A stretch of DNA of 63,285 bases, filler included, from Aduncisulcus paluster (lineage: Eukaryota): NCBI GenBank assembly GCA_024181965.1. It is 13 parts of 13 records of this genome, joined end to end, with 100 filler letters (N's around TTAATTAATTAA, not from the genome) between each part and the next. Parts side by side here need not be neighbours in the genome. Positions count along the whole stretch, not along the records: positions 35,543 to 50,493 come from BQXS01011630.1; positions 50,594 to 54,339 come from BQXS01011631.1; positions 54,440 to 56,843 come from BQXS01011632.1; positions 56,944 to 59,301 come from BQXS01011633.1; positions 59,402 to 63,285 come from BQXS01011634.1; 8 more parts are not named here. One strand, 5' to 3'. The translations under genes were made by a program, and so were the position numbers. Numbering within the stretch: the stretch's first letter is position 1; the number at the start of each line of letters is the position of its first letter. Below the pieces are notes generated by a model. It saw only the letters and a program-made list of their open reading frames with translations, was not told the origin of the DNA and did not search any database. Of the stretch, positions 48,600-59,403 are shown in pieces.

Positions 48600-49346
48600 A
48601 GAAGTGTGGTTATAGATCACTCCATTTTGTATAGAAAAGTATAGATCATTATTATGATTATTATTATTNNNNNNNNNNNNNNNNNNNNGCCTCGGATCCG
48701 TTTCAAGCCTGAGCAGCATCACAAGCCTCCTCCAGACACATCGTCGTCAAAGTATGTGTGTCCCATGTATAAGACATTGGAGAGAGCAGGTGTGCTCAGT
48801 ACGACAGGACACTCAAGTAACTATATCTTGCCCGTTGAGCTCCCATCGAACAAGACACAGGCTGTGTGGATCAAGAGAGGTGCTGTTCTTGTCTGTGCAT
48901 TGGATGACTGAAGAAGTGTGGTTATAGATCACTCCATTTTGTATAGAATAGTATAGATCATTATTATGATTATTATTATTATATCTGCTTTGTTCATGTT
49001 GATACGATAAGGAAACGTTCTTCTAGGAGATATGTTGTTCTTTCAATAGATCCATGAACAAACGAACAATAAATACGTGGGTTGCGAATAAATAAAAAAA
49101 TATTGAAAATGAAATGTTGTTGGAATACTGATGCCGAGAAAAAAAAATCAAAATTCGAAAAATGAATTTCTGAGGAATTTGAAATACCTATTCAAATTTC
49201 ATTGGTACAAATTATATTCACAATGGATATACAAAGCAGATAAAAATATTATATAAAGGAAATTGCCATTGATAAATGTGTTATAACGAAATTGAATTTT
49301 TGGAAATTAACCTTATTTAGGTAAGTTTAAAATTGTCCAATTTATT

Positions 49347-49419
49347 GAGGGTGTAGCTCAGTTGGTAGAGCGTTCGGCTCCAGTCCGATTGGTCGGGGGT
49401 TCAAGTCCCTTCGTCCTCA
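49347..49419 (+). tRNA. tRNA-Trp (anticodon CCA), intronless
   Basis: Cloverleaf: acceptor GAGGGTG/CGTCCTC, D stem GCTC/GAGC, anticodon arm TCGG-CTCCAGT-CCGA, T arm GGGGG-TTCAAGT-CCCTT, discriminator A. A and B boxes are intact. Confidence 0.95.
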
Positions 49420-49421
49420 TA

Positions 49422-49427
49422 TTTTTT
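49422..49427 (+). terminator. RNA polymerase III terminator (T6)
   Basis: TTTTTT begins 3 nt after the tRNA discriminator. Confidence 0.8.
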
Positions 49428-49957
49428 GGTTTTGTCAATTTTCCTCAAATCATCATTTTTACCCGTGATTCTTGTGACGTCTTCATTTTGAACGATTTTA
49501 AGCACGAAAACTTGCATTATGTTTCAAAATATGACGATTATTTTTTGTAAATTCTATTTTTAGATTTTCTATTTTTAGAAATGATGTGTCTAAAATGATC
49601 TAAATGTTGTGATTTAGTTGATGGTTCCATGTGAAATGTTGATATTAAGGAGTTAAATTGTAATTTACTGCTCAGATTCCATTATTTGGACAATCACCAG
49701 TAAAAATTAAACTTTTTTGACAGCTTTTTTTCCTTTTTAGCTAGTAACTGAAAGCACATCTCGTTATAGCGAGGTTTCGTCACTGAATTCGGATTCTTTG
49801 AATTGGGATTAATTACAAAGATAATAATGAACAGGCATAAAGGAGGATAAGCCAGAATAAATTTATTCAGCAAATAATACATTGTATCTAGCTGGATATT
49901 ATCCAGTGTTTTCCATAGAAATGAAATGAAATTAGAACTCACAACTCTATCACCTTC

Positions 49958-50493
49958 TCATTTCCCACTGCTACTGGAACTGCTATGGATTGTCCCTGTA
50001 CACCCATCATACTCTTCAAGCTGACGGGCAATATACTCCTCGATGGATGGACATTCCCACCCTTCTCCAATTGGTGGCAGTAAATATTTGATATCATTCG
50101 TGAGAGATCGAGCTTGGTGGATTGTCATTCGTTTAAATCGATCAATCTTCAACAACCCATCAAACACTTGAATAAACACTTGATATACGGCATTGTATTT
50201 CCCACCTTCCATCGTCTCAAGGGAACAGAAGATCTCACTATCTGTCAGACGTGGATGACAACTCTCTTTCTTTGTAAGGTCTTCCAAAACTTCAAAAATA
50301 TGTTTATCATAATCCTTCGATGGTGGGATCCTTGTTATCCTTGGATGAGTCATGAAAGGTTGTTGCATTCTATTGAAGAGAGACCATATTGTCAGCACAA
50401 CTCCCCATGCATCACTGCGTTGGTTGTGATAGCCATTCTCCAAAGTCTCAGGAGCATTGTAACATGTGGTGCCTGCAATTGATGGTTTGTATG
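49958..50493 (-). CDS. Protein kinase, C-lobe (5' partial)
   Basis: IAGTTCYNAPE (subdomain VIII), RSDAWGV (IX), KRMTIHQA (XI). Confidence 0.85.
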
Positions 50494-50593
50494 NNNNNNN
50501 NNNNNNNNNNNNNNNNNNNNNNNNNNNNNNNNNNNNNTTAATTAATTAANNNNNNNNNNNNNNNNNNNNNNNNNNNNNNNNNNNNNNNNNNNN

Positions 50594-52660
50594 AGTCTTC
50601 CTGGCAGGCTTCTTAGATTGTGTCATATCTCTCAGACCACCCACAGACGAAGAAGAAGAAGAAGAAGGGCCAGTTCTCAGAGGATTTCGAGAGACCTGTG
50701 CAGGTCCATGGTGGGACTGGAAATGACTCATAGGTTGATGAGGTTGAACTCTGAGGGGTGTAGGATTCACTGGATATCTATTTTGGGTACTGGGATGAGA
50801 AACACTTCCATATTGACTTGAAGGAAGGTGTGATGTTTGATGTATGGGCAATGAAGTTAAAGTTGAATGTTGCGATACCAATTCATTAACCTCGAGTTCT
50901 CGTTCATAGCGATCTCTCTCACGTTCGGCCCTTTCAATCCTTCTCAGATTATCTTCTTTGTGTTTATACTTATCATGTTCCACCCTATCTTTCGAACTTT
51001 CATCCAGCCGACTCTTGAGCTCTTCAATGTATCGTTGCTGGTGTTTGATGAGGGACAGCATGGGAGATGATGTCGTAGTTGAGGAGGTAGGGGGATGTGA
51101 GGGTGGAGCTGGTGTCGATGAGGAGGGTAAAGAAGAAGATATTTGAGTTGGGGGATTTGTCCATCTAGTAGGTTCATGTACAGATTGAGTTGACTGTGTC
51201 CCAACTGACTCAAGATCAGTCAATAAACACTTTCCGTCATTGTTACTCCTAGAAGTTGTGGAAATAGTATGTATGGGGGGAGAAGTGGAAGAGTCTATTT
51301 TGGGAGATTTCTCAGACCTAATAATAGAAGACATAACAGAATCACCAACACGAATAGTTGAACGTGCAAAATGTGGTTGTTCTTCAATTTGGGGTGTTAT
51401 TTTCTTATCAGAATCTGATATTTCATTCCTCACACTCTCAGATTTCTTTGACATTTTGGCTGACTTGGATTTTGACTTCTTTCTTCGCTTAACAAAGCCT
51501 TTCTTTTTCATCTGTTGTTGCCTAAATTGTTCTGCTTTCTTTTTCTCTTCGAGAGCTGCCTTTTTCCTCTCTTCAAGGCGACGAGCAATCCATTTATCCT
51601 TCTCCGAAGGCTGACCATCGCCCTTTCCGAACACAAATGATGGTTTCGATGAGGAGAGAGCCTTATGAGCTCTGATATCGGTGCTAATACTGCCTTTCTC
51701 CAGGGTCATTGTATGTTCTCCCCATCTTGACACAGAGGGAGGTGCTGGGTGGGACTGCGGTTGGAAGGTGCGAGGGTCTGCAGGAAGCTGACCAAATGAC
51801 ACGTGGCCGATTGATTTGGGTTTAGATTGGATTATATCATGATATTGAACGGATGAGAGAGGAACATATTGACCATCATCGAGATCCCTCAAGGGGTGAG
51901 GTTTGCTCTCAACACTAAAAGCAGCGCTCGAAGAAGATGGAGGATATAGATGGCTTGGAGGATATAGATGGCTTGGAGGATATAGATGGCTTGGAGGATA
52001 CTGAGAATGATGGATAGAGTGAGGTTCTTCCAGAGCACTAGGAATAGCATGACGACGAAGTTGCTCTTCTCTCTGCCATTTCTGTTCTGAAGCAGTACGT
52101 GCCAGATAATTCCATTCAATTGTCATATTCTTATTGAGATGAGGATATACAATATCTCTTTGTTTCCTCCATTCGGCTTCTTGCTTCGAAATCTCTTTGC
52201 GTCGTTCACTACTTATTGTTTCCTTCCAGAAAACATGGGCTTCTTTGGGTGCATCTGCAGGAACATATGACGTCCTTGAGTCATGCAATTGTTTTAATAA
52301 TTTTCTGTGCTTTTTTTTCTTCCATCGTTTGGTAAGATTTTTCTGAAGTTTAGTTCGCATCTCTTCTGTTTCTTGTTTTTTTCGGCGTTGTATTACAGGG
52401 GAATGAGAAGGTTGGGAACAAGTACTCTGAGCTAATCTCTCTGAAATAACCTTTTCTTGGGGTTCAAAAAGACTACTCTCATCATGGGAATCATCATCGT
52501 GTCCTTGCCTATGAATTGAAGTAGAAGTGGGATTTAAGTGAGATGAAGCATCTAAATCTGAAGAATAAGTTGAAATATCGGGGTTTCTGGGATTTTGTGA
52601 ATACGTTGACATTCTATCAGGAATAGGTCTTTGAGATGGTGAGGATGTGCTAGAATGCAT
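50594..52660 (-). CDS. Ser/Pro/His-rich hypothetical protein with coiled-coil patches (3' partial)
   Basis: About 690 open codons from ATG 52660; contains an 18-bp (SHLYPP)x3 repeat near 51940-52000. Confidence 0.75.
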
Positions 52661-52908
52661 AAAAAATAATTTAAATTTTTCCAAGGACTTTTTGGATTTT
52701 CTGTCCAAAACGTGTTAAACCAATTCTTATTGTAAAATCTACATTTCTGGATGAAATTATCAATTTAATGGGATAATTCTATTACAATTAATCATGAAAA
52801 GAATATTTATTAATATTAAAGTGAAAATATATTTAAGAATAATCGAGAAAACGATAAATATCAATAATACGCCAATTTTTATATTGTCTCAAAGGTTCAT
52901 CTTTTAAA

Positions 52909-54339
52909 TCATTTTAATTTACCAATTGACATTTGATAATCATAAAAAGAGGCTAAACCAACATAATTATGGGTGGGAGACCAATCACATCCATAACACA
53001 CTTTTTCTGGATTGTGTTTCCCAGTAAATGATGAAATATGTTCAAGAGACATGCTTTTTTCGTTGAAATCAAATGTGTGAAAACCTCCTCTCATTGAACC
53101 AACCAATAGAGAAGAGTTACGGAAGTTAGGGTCTGAAATGTCTCTGAGAAATCTATTATGTCTCCACTTAAGTCTCCAAACGCCTCCACCACATCCTTCG
53201 AAACAACTGACCTCTTTCTTGAAATTCCGGCAATCATAAATATAGACAGAGCCATCGAAAGAACCAATAGCAACTGTGTTATGAGCAGAGGCAGAACATG
53301 AGCTTGTATGAATTGGTTCGGACTCAATCTTTTCTATTTTATCTATATCAATATCGGATTCTTTCTCCCCCTTTGAGATTGGTGGAATTGGCTCGGATCT
53401 TGAATCATATGAGGATGGATGAGGAGATATTACTGTGACTCCGTTATCTTCCCATCTCCTTAGTTTTCTAATGGGATATGCTGAATCTGACAGAGTGAGG
53501 TCTAACTTCTCGGGTCTATCTATTGGATCTCTTGCTCTATCTGCTCTATATGCTTGCTGAGGATGAGCAGAAATACATCTAAGATCCCACACTTTTAGAG
53601 CAAAATCATCCCCTCCTGTAAGAACGGTATTGTTTCCCATAGCAGATAATGGCCCACATATAGCACAAGCCCATTGTTCAAATTCACCACTTTTCCATGC
53701 TGCGGTGGTAGAAAATCCACGCTCCGTCAACTTGGAGATGACACAAGAGGAATCTCCATACGTGGTCACAATAGAATTTAAGAGGGAGGAGGAGGAGGAA
53801 AGCAGAGCTGCGGCTGTGATGTCAGATGGAGAATCATCCTCGGCAGACTCTGACGAGGGGATGACCACAGGTGTTGACAATTCAAAGAACTTGTCTGAAT
53901 TATTTATGGGTCGAGAATAACCAAATCCAAGTTGTAAACATGGAGTAATTTCTGGTAATTGGAATGAAAAATGTGGAATATGAGAAAGAGATAACGATTG
54001 ATGAAATGGAGATTTTGGAGGATCTGGAAATTCGTGGTCTTTGAATCCAAAAACACGTATTGAATTATCAGAGCAAGCAGCAAATAAACAATTATAATAC
54101 CCATCTAAGGTTGATTCTTCATTTGGAACAAATCTGATAGGGAGTGGAAGCCAACGCATATCAAAGAATCCAAAGGGGAATTCGAGATCCAAATGCTCCG
54201 AAGAAATCGACGTTGAATCTTCGAGCCCATATAGAGATATATTTCCGAGTTTCGTTTGAGAGGTTGGATCATATTCATATGTAGAGAAAGAAAAAACATT
54301 TTCAAAACCAGGACAGCAGCAGATCTCCGCACAATCAAC
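52909..54339 (-). CDS. DPH7: Diphthine methylesterase DPH7/WDR85-like WD40 protein (5' partial)
   Basis: EFEQW, TGGDDFALKVWDLR, GSFDG, GGGVWRLKW, MRGGF, YGCDW and ASFYD match the Dph7/Rrt2 motif series. Confidence 0.82.
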   Translation of the reverse strand, partial: VDCAEICCCPGFENVFSFSTYEYDPTSQTKLGNISLYGLEDSTSISSEHLDLEFPFGFFDMRWLPLPIRFVPNEESTLDGYYNCLFAACSDNSIRVFGFKDHEFPDPPKSPFHQSLSLSHIPHFSFQLPEITPCLQLGFGYSRPINNSDKFFELSTPVVIPSSESAEDDSPSDITAAALLSSSSSLLNSIVTTYGDSSCVISKLTERGFSTTAAWKSGEFEQWACAICGPLSAMGNNTVLTGGDDFALKVWDLRCISAHPQQAYRADRARDPIDRPEKLDLTLSDSAYPIRKLRRWEDNGVTVISPHPSSYDSRSEPIPPISKGEKESDIDIDKIEKIESEPIHTSSCSASAHNTVAIGSFDGSVYIYDCRNFKKEVSCFEGCGGGVWRLKWRHNRFLRDISDPNFRNSSLLVGSMRGGFHTFDFNEKSMSLEHISSFTGKHNPEKVCYGCDWSPTHNYVGLASFYDYQMSIGKLK

Positions 54340-54439
54340 NNNNNNNNNNNNNNNNNNNNNNNNNNNNNNNNNNNNNNNNNNNNTTAATTAATTAANNNNN
54401 NNNNNNNNNNNNNNNNNNNNNNNNNNNNNNNNNNNNNNN

Positions 54440-56843
54440 ATCGACCCTCCATTATGACAGTTAGCCCCATCAGGACAAGGATGACACAGAGCACCAGTTT
54501 CATAAACTCCCTTGTACGTACTGGGACCATTACAAGTAATGCACATGGCACGGAAGGCATTATCACCGGATACCTGGAGAGCTGAGTCGATATTACACGT
54601 GTCAAGGTAAAGGGAGAGACGATAAGCATTCATTTCATTTCCGTATAGTTTAATGAACGCCCAGCCATGCGTATCCTCCTTGATGGCAGCAATACTAATG
54701 TTCTGTTCAACCGAATGTGCAGCGCTTGAGAGAGAGGAGTCATATTGATAGAATATTGGCGATATTGCAGAAGAATTGAATGTGTCGTCATCCGAAGATG
54801 TTGCAACGGTAACAAATATCCCATCTTCACTGAGAGCAACTGTGGGTTCCATAAAATACGAATACAAATAAATTGTGACTGGATAATCGTATGAATCAAC
54901 AGAAATACCAACGTTTGTAGTGTCGATTGACTCATCCAATTCAGAAGCAAATACCTTGGGAACAGCATTACGATTCCTGCGTCTTTCAGACCTCTGAGTC
55001 GATCCCACATTCATAAACAAAGAATTTAACGACACATCTACCTTGCTATTCTTGCTCAATAACGTCTGGGAGTATGCCTCAGGCAAAGGAACATAAGAAG
55101 AGTCAACATCCACATCCTCGTCGAAAATAGAATCCAAATTCATATGAGTTCCATACATTGACCTACAGTTCTCATCCACATCATTGCTTGTCCAGGTAAC
55201 ACAATCGAGGAATGAGGTCTCGAATCCTGAGCAACTAGTGTCAGTCATCTCACCAAAATCAACCTCAAGATCCAAATCAATGGCACTATCCCTATCTGAG
55301 AAGTATGAACACACTGCCTGTTTGGTATAATTCTCGCCAGCTGCATACACTCCTGTTTGGTAGGAGTAGTATTGGAACGCTTGACAATAAGTGCTCAATT
55401 GATAAAAGGGGATATTGTGCATGATCACATCATTTGAGCAGCAATACTCAATATCATACATGGAAAAACACGCAAGAGTACTACTTTCAAACGCATTAAT
55501 GTCCGTTGAATCTCCAATTTCACAGATGGTGTCCTCGATGCTCAGTTCAGACATTACCTTATCACATTCTGTCCTAAGTCGTACATAATCCAAAGAGTAC
55601 CCGCTTTCATACCGGTCAACAATTTTGTACACACCGCAATTCAAACTCGGCCAGTGTTTATCAGCATCTCTAAGATAACAACATCCAAGAGGGTCACGAA
55701 GCACATCAAGACAAATCTCGTACGTCGCTGCAAATATCATTGTGGACGCAGACAGGGCAGTGCACACGGAGGACTCTTCGCACCTAGTTCCAGCTCCACA
55801 GTACCTATCGAGGATTTCATAGATATCTATTGTTCCGGAAGAATATTCTACACTATTCATATCCATGAGAATGGAAATAGAAGCATATTCATCATTGCTA
55901 AAGGCTGAAGGGCATTGTGAATCCATACTCATTCCAAACAAGAAGCAACACACGGCCAATGCATCAAGGTCTGAGCTCGAAGAAGCGATTCCGCCTTCAC
56001 TTGGGAGCGACATACATTCACTGAACCCTATAGATTCTTTGTTAGCATCAGCAGCAAGGTATGTAACGCATGAGGAAGTTGAAGCAGCGTCAGGATTGAC
56101 TGTACAACACACAGAAGAGCTATAATCAGTCGCTTCACAGCAAGAAGAAAGATCGTACGAGTCATAAAAACAAGAAAAAAAGGTTTCAACAGTCTGACAT
56201 TCGTCTGATTTAGGATTGGAATAACACAAACAATCAAGAGAGAATGCATCAACATCACATGGATTTTCAGATACTTCCTTGATAACAACATCCTCAAGAT
56301 CATCAAAATCGCTAAATGACACCGAACATTGGTCCGGATCTAAATACGGATCGATTGTACACACACAATCCTCATAATGGGCAAAAGGATCTGTGTAGCA
56401 CTCTTCAGATGTTGAATCAGTAAAAGCTTGGATGGCACTCTTGGAACCGATTGAGTCCAATAACTGAGTCAGCCAATCTCCTTCGAAAGAAATGTTCTCC
56501 GTGATCTCTTCGAAATCCAATCCAGTCGCCTCTTGCATCTGTGAAATATAAGTGTCTACTTGTGCAGAATAATACTCCTCCTGGTCGTACTCCTCAGTCA
56601 CACTCAAGGATGCATCCCAAGCCTTGGCACTGACAGACTGCACAAATGAATCATCAGCACTCGGACAATGAATGGTAGAAGGATCAGAGCCAACAGAATA
56701 ACACACATGGACAGTGTCAGTGTTGAGATTATCACCATACGTGGCAGAACAATCGTCCAAGATAAAAGGGAGAAGAGCACTATATTTTGTCGAAATATCA
56801 TCATCAGTGGGGGAATCGCCAGAAATTTCAATAAAATTCTTCA
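54440..56843 (-). CDS. Acidic Cys-rich extracellular/surface protein (partial)
   Basis: About 800 open codons, many CC/CxC motifs and a terminal CHPCPDGANC (GCC2/ephrin-receptor-like Cys repeat). Confidence 0.75.
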
Positions 56844-56943
56844 NNNNNNNNNNNNNNNNNNNNNNNNNNNNNNNNNNNNNNNNNNNNTTAATTAATTAAN
56901 NNNNNNNNNNNNNNNNNNNNNNNNNNNNNNNNNNNNNNNNNNN

Positions 56944-59301
56944 TGTCAACAATACTATTCGAGCTGAGGTCAACAGTCGACAGAGTACCAACATGCTCCA
57001 GACCAACAAGAGAGGAGACACTGCTCGATGAACACGTCAGAGACGAGGATGCAGGGATGCTCTTCAAGGAGGAAACTCCAAACGCATACGTCCCATCGCC
57101 AACAGAAACCTTGTCAGCAGCATCGATCAGGCCGGACACACAGCCATGCAAGCCCACATCAGGCACAACACTAGCACACCCATGAGTGCCATCGGAGTTC
57201 ACACGGCATTCGGAGCCATACTCACACCCACCAGAACAGTCGGCAGAACGTGTGCATGTGAATGTGTCCGAATCAAAGTACGTGTAATATGAGTCGCTCA
57301 TGCAGGTCACATTCCAGGTGTCGGAGGAAGGAGCAGTCTCAGAGCACACGAAACCCTCAGAGATGGCTGCAATCGTGCTGTCAGAGTCAGGGTCTAGAGA
57401 AGGGCAGTTGCAGGTTTGTCCATGTAGATCAATAGAAATGTTATCGGACTCAAACAATTCAATCAAATCATCTTCATCTTCATTTCCGAAGCAGAGATTA
57501 TTTGAACTCATGCCAAGATAATACAGATTAGAAAGATCAAAGAGAGGAGAAATGTCACTGATATCATTTCCAGATATATACAAATATTTTAGTGATACAA
57601 GGGTGGAAATGGAAGAAATATCTGTAATTGCAGTTCCTGAAAGCAACAGAGAGTTTAGGGAAGAAAGAGAGGAAAGGGGAGTTAAGTCAACATTACTGAG
57701 ATCATTGCTAGAAACACTTAAATACTTCAAAGAGTGAAGATAAGAGAGGGTAAGGATATCAGAGATAGAATTATCATCTAAATCTAACCACTCAAGAGAT
57801 GTCATCCCACTGAGAGGAGAGATATCCTCAATGGAATTATAATGAAGATGCAATTTCTTCAAAGAAGAGCATGAAGGACAGGATTCAGCTGAAAGGAAAG
57901 AGAGGTCAGAAAAAGAATGATTGCCTCCAAGATCAAGAATTTGAAGACTGGTCAAGGATGACAAGTCTGGACCTGTGGTGAGTTCAAGATAATCCAGATT
58001 ACACTCTCTTACATTTGGAGGAAGAATGACCTCAGACATGTCATTCCAATCTCCATCTATATTTAGATATTTTATACTCGTAATTGAACCCAGATCGAAT
58101 GTGGATGTTGGATTATCTATACTGAACGAAAGGTCTATCAAGCTAGACATTGAGGATAGCACAGTGGAAAGTTCGGTGATATCGGATATCGTGGATAAAT
58201 GAATTGACTGAAGTGCATGTGCAGTTTGAAGATTTGATATATCTGTGATAGAAAAACTCTGCTGAAATACACGCAACTTAGGAACAGTGGAAAGATCAGG
58301 AATAGTATTAATGGAGGAACCAGGGAGTTGCAAATACTCAAGAGAAGGAAGGGAAGGTATGATTCCATTTGTTGAATATCCATTACCAGAGGTTTCAATA
58401 AATGTTTGGAGTAAAGATAGTGAAGTAAGGGATGAAATAGTAGGAAAATCAGTTTCATCCGAATGCAAAGTCAAACTCTTCAAATTATGTAATTGAGCTA
58501 TATTCTGAATATCTGAGACATCGAGAATATCACATTTCATGATCAAATTTTGAAGATTGGGAAGGTTTGACATATCTGGTATTTCAGTGCAAGGATAATA
58601 TTGCCGCTTCAGATAAGAATTATAATATGTTGATCCAACTGCAAAGAGTTCCAAATTCCCCGCTTCATTAAGGAATAGTAAAGACACGGATGTATTAATT
58701 CCATAAATATTAATTACTTTCATATTGGCGATATTGGATAGTTGATCGCTACTAAAATCTGAAATATCTGCGGAATATAGATCCAAATACTCCAGATTCA
58801 ATAGGGAGGATAACCAAGAGATAGACCAGTCTACAGCTCCCCCAAACTCATGAAGGTCAAGATGGGTCAGAGATGTAAGGGAGGAAAGATCAGGATAGTC
58901 AGAAAGTTCAGTGGTTGAATAAGATAAATCCAAATATTTCAGATTTGTCAACTCAGTCAACACATCCAAGCTGCAGTTGATCTCACTATGGGACGCACTG
59001 AAATGTGCAAGAGTATCCTTCACTTGGGATAGTTTGGAAAGATCGTAGATATAGCAGTACATCAGATCCAGACTAACAAGGGTTGGGAGGTTATCGATGA
59101 AGTCCAGATTATAGAGTATCGTTCCAATAGTAAGCTCTGTTACAGTGGATGGGATTGAACCAAGATCACGGCTATCGTTGACAAGATAGGAGTACTCGTA
59201 ACCCAACCCATCAATTAAACCTTCCATCACATTCAATGACGTCACCGTCGCTGGCACAGGAGACAAGTCATACACGCTCGTGCCACTCAGATCCAACGTC
59301 G
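56944..59301 (-). CDS. LRR + Cys-rich surface protein, paralog of the gene at 1-5671 (partial)
   Basis: Collinear with about 2207-4941. Shares LDLSGT..DLSP.PA.VTSLN, SIPSTVTEL, CFGNEDE and the QTCNCPSLDPDSDSTIAAISEG block. Confidence 0.92.
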
Positions 59302-59403
59302 NNNNNNNNNNNNNNNNNNNNNNNNNNNNNNNNNNNNNNNNNNNNTTAATTAATTAANNNNNNNNNNNNNNNNNNNNNNNNNNNNNNNNNNNNNNNNNNN
59401 NTG

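Noticed and set aside
49362..49550. 62-aa ORF overlapping the tRNA
   Set aside because: Spurious translation of the tRNA gene and its AT-rich flank.
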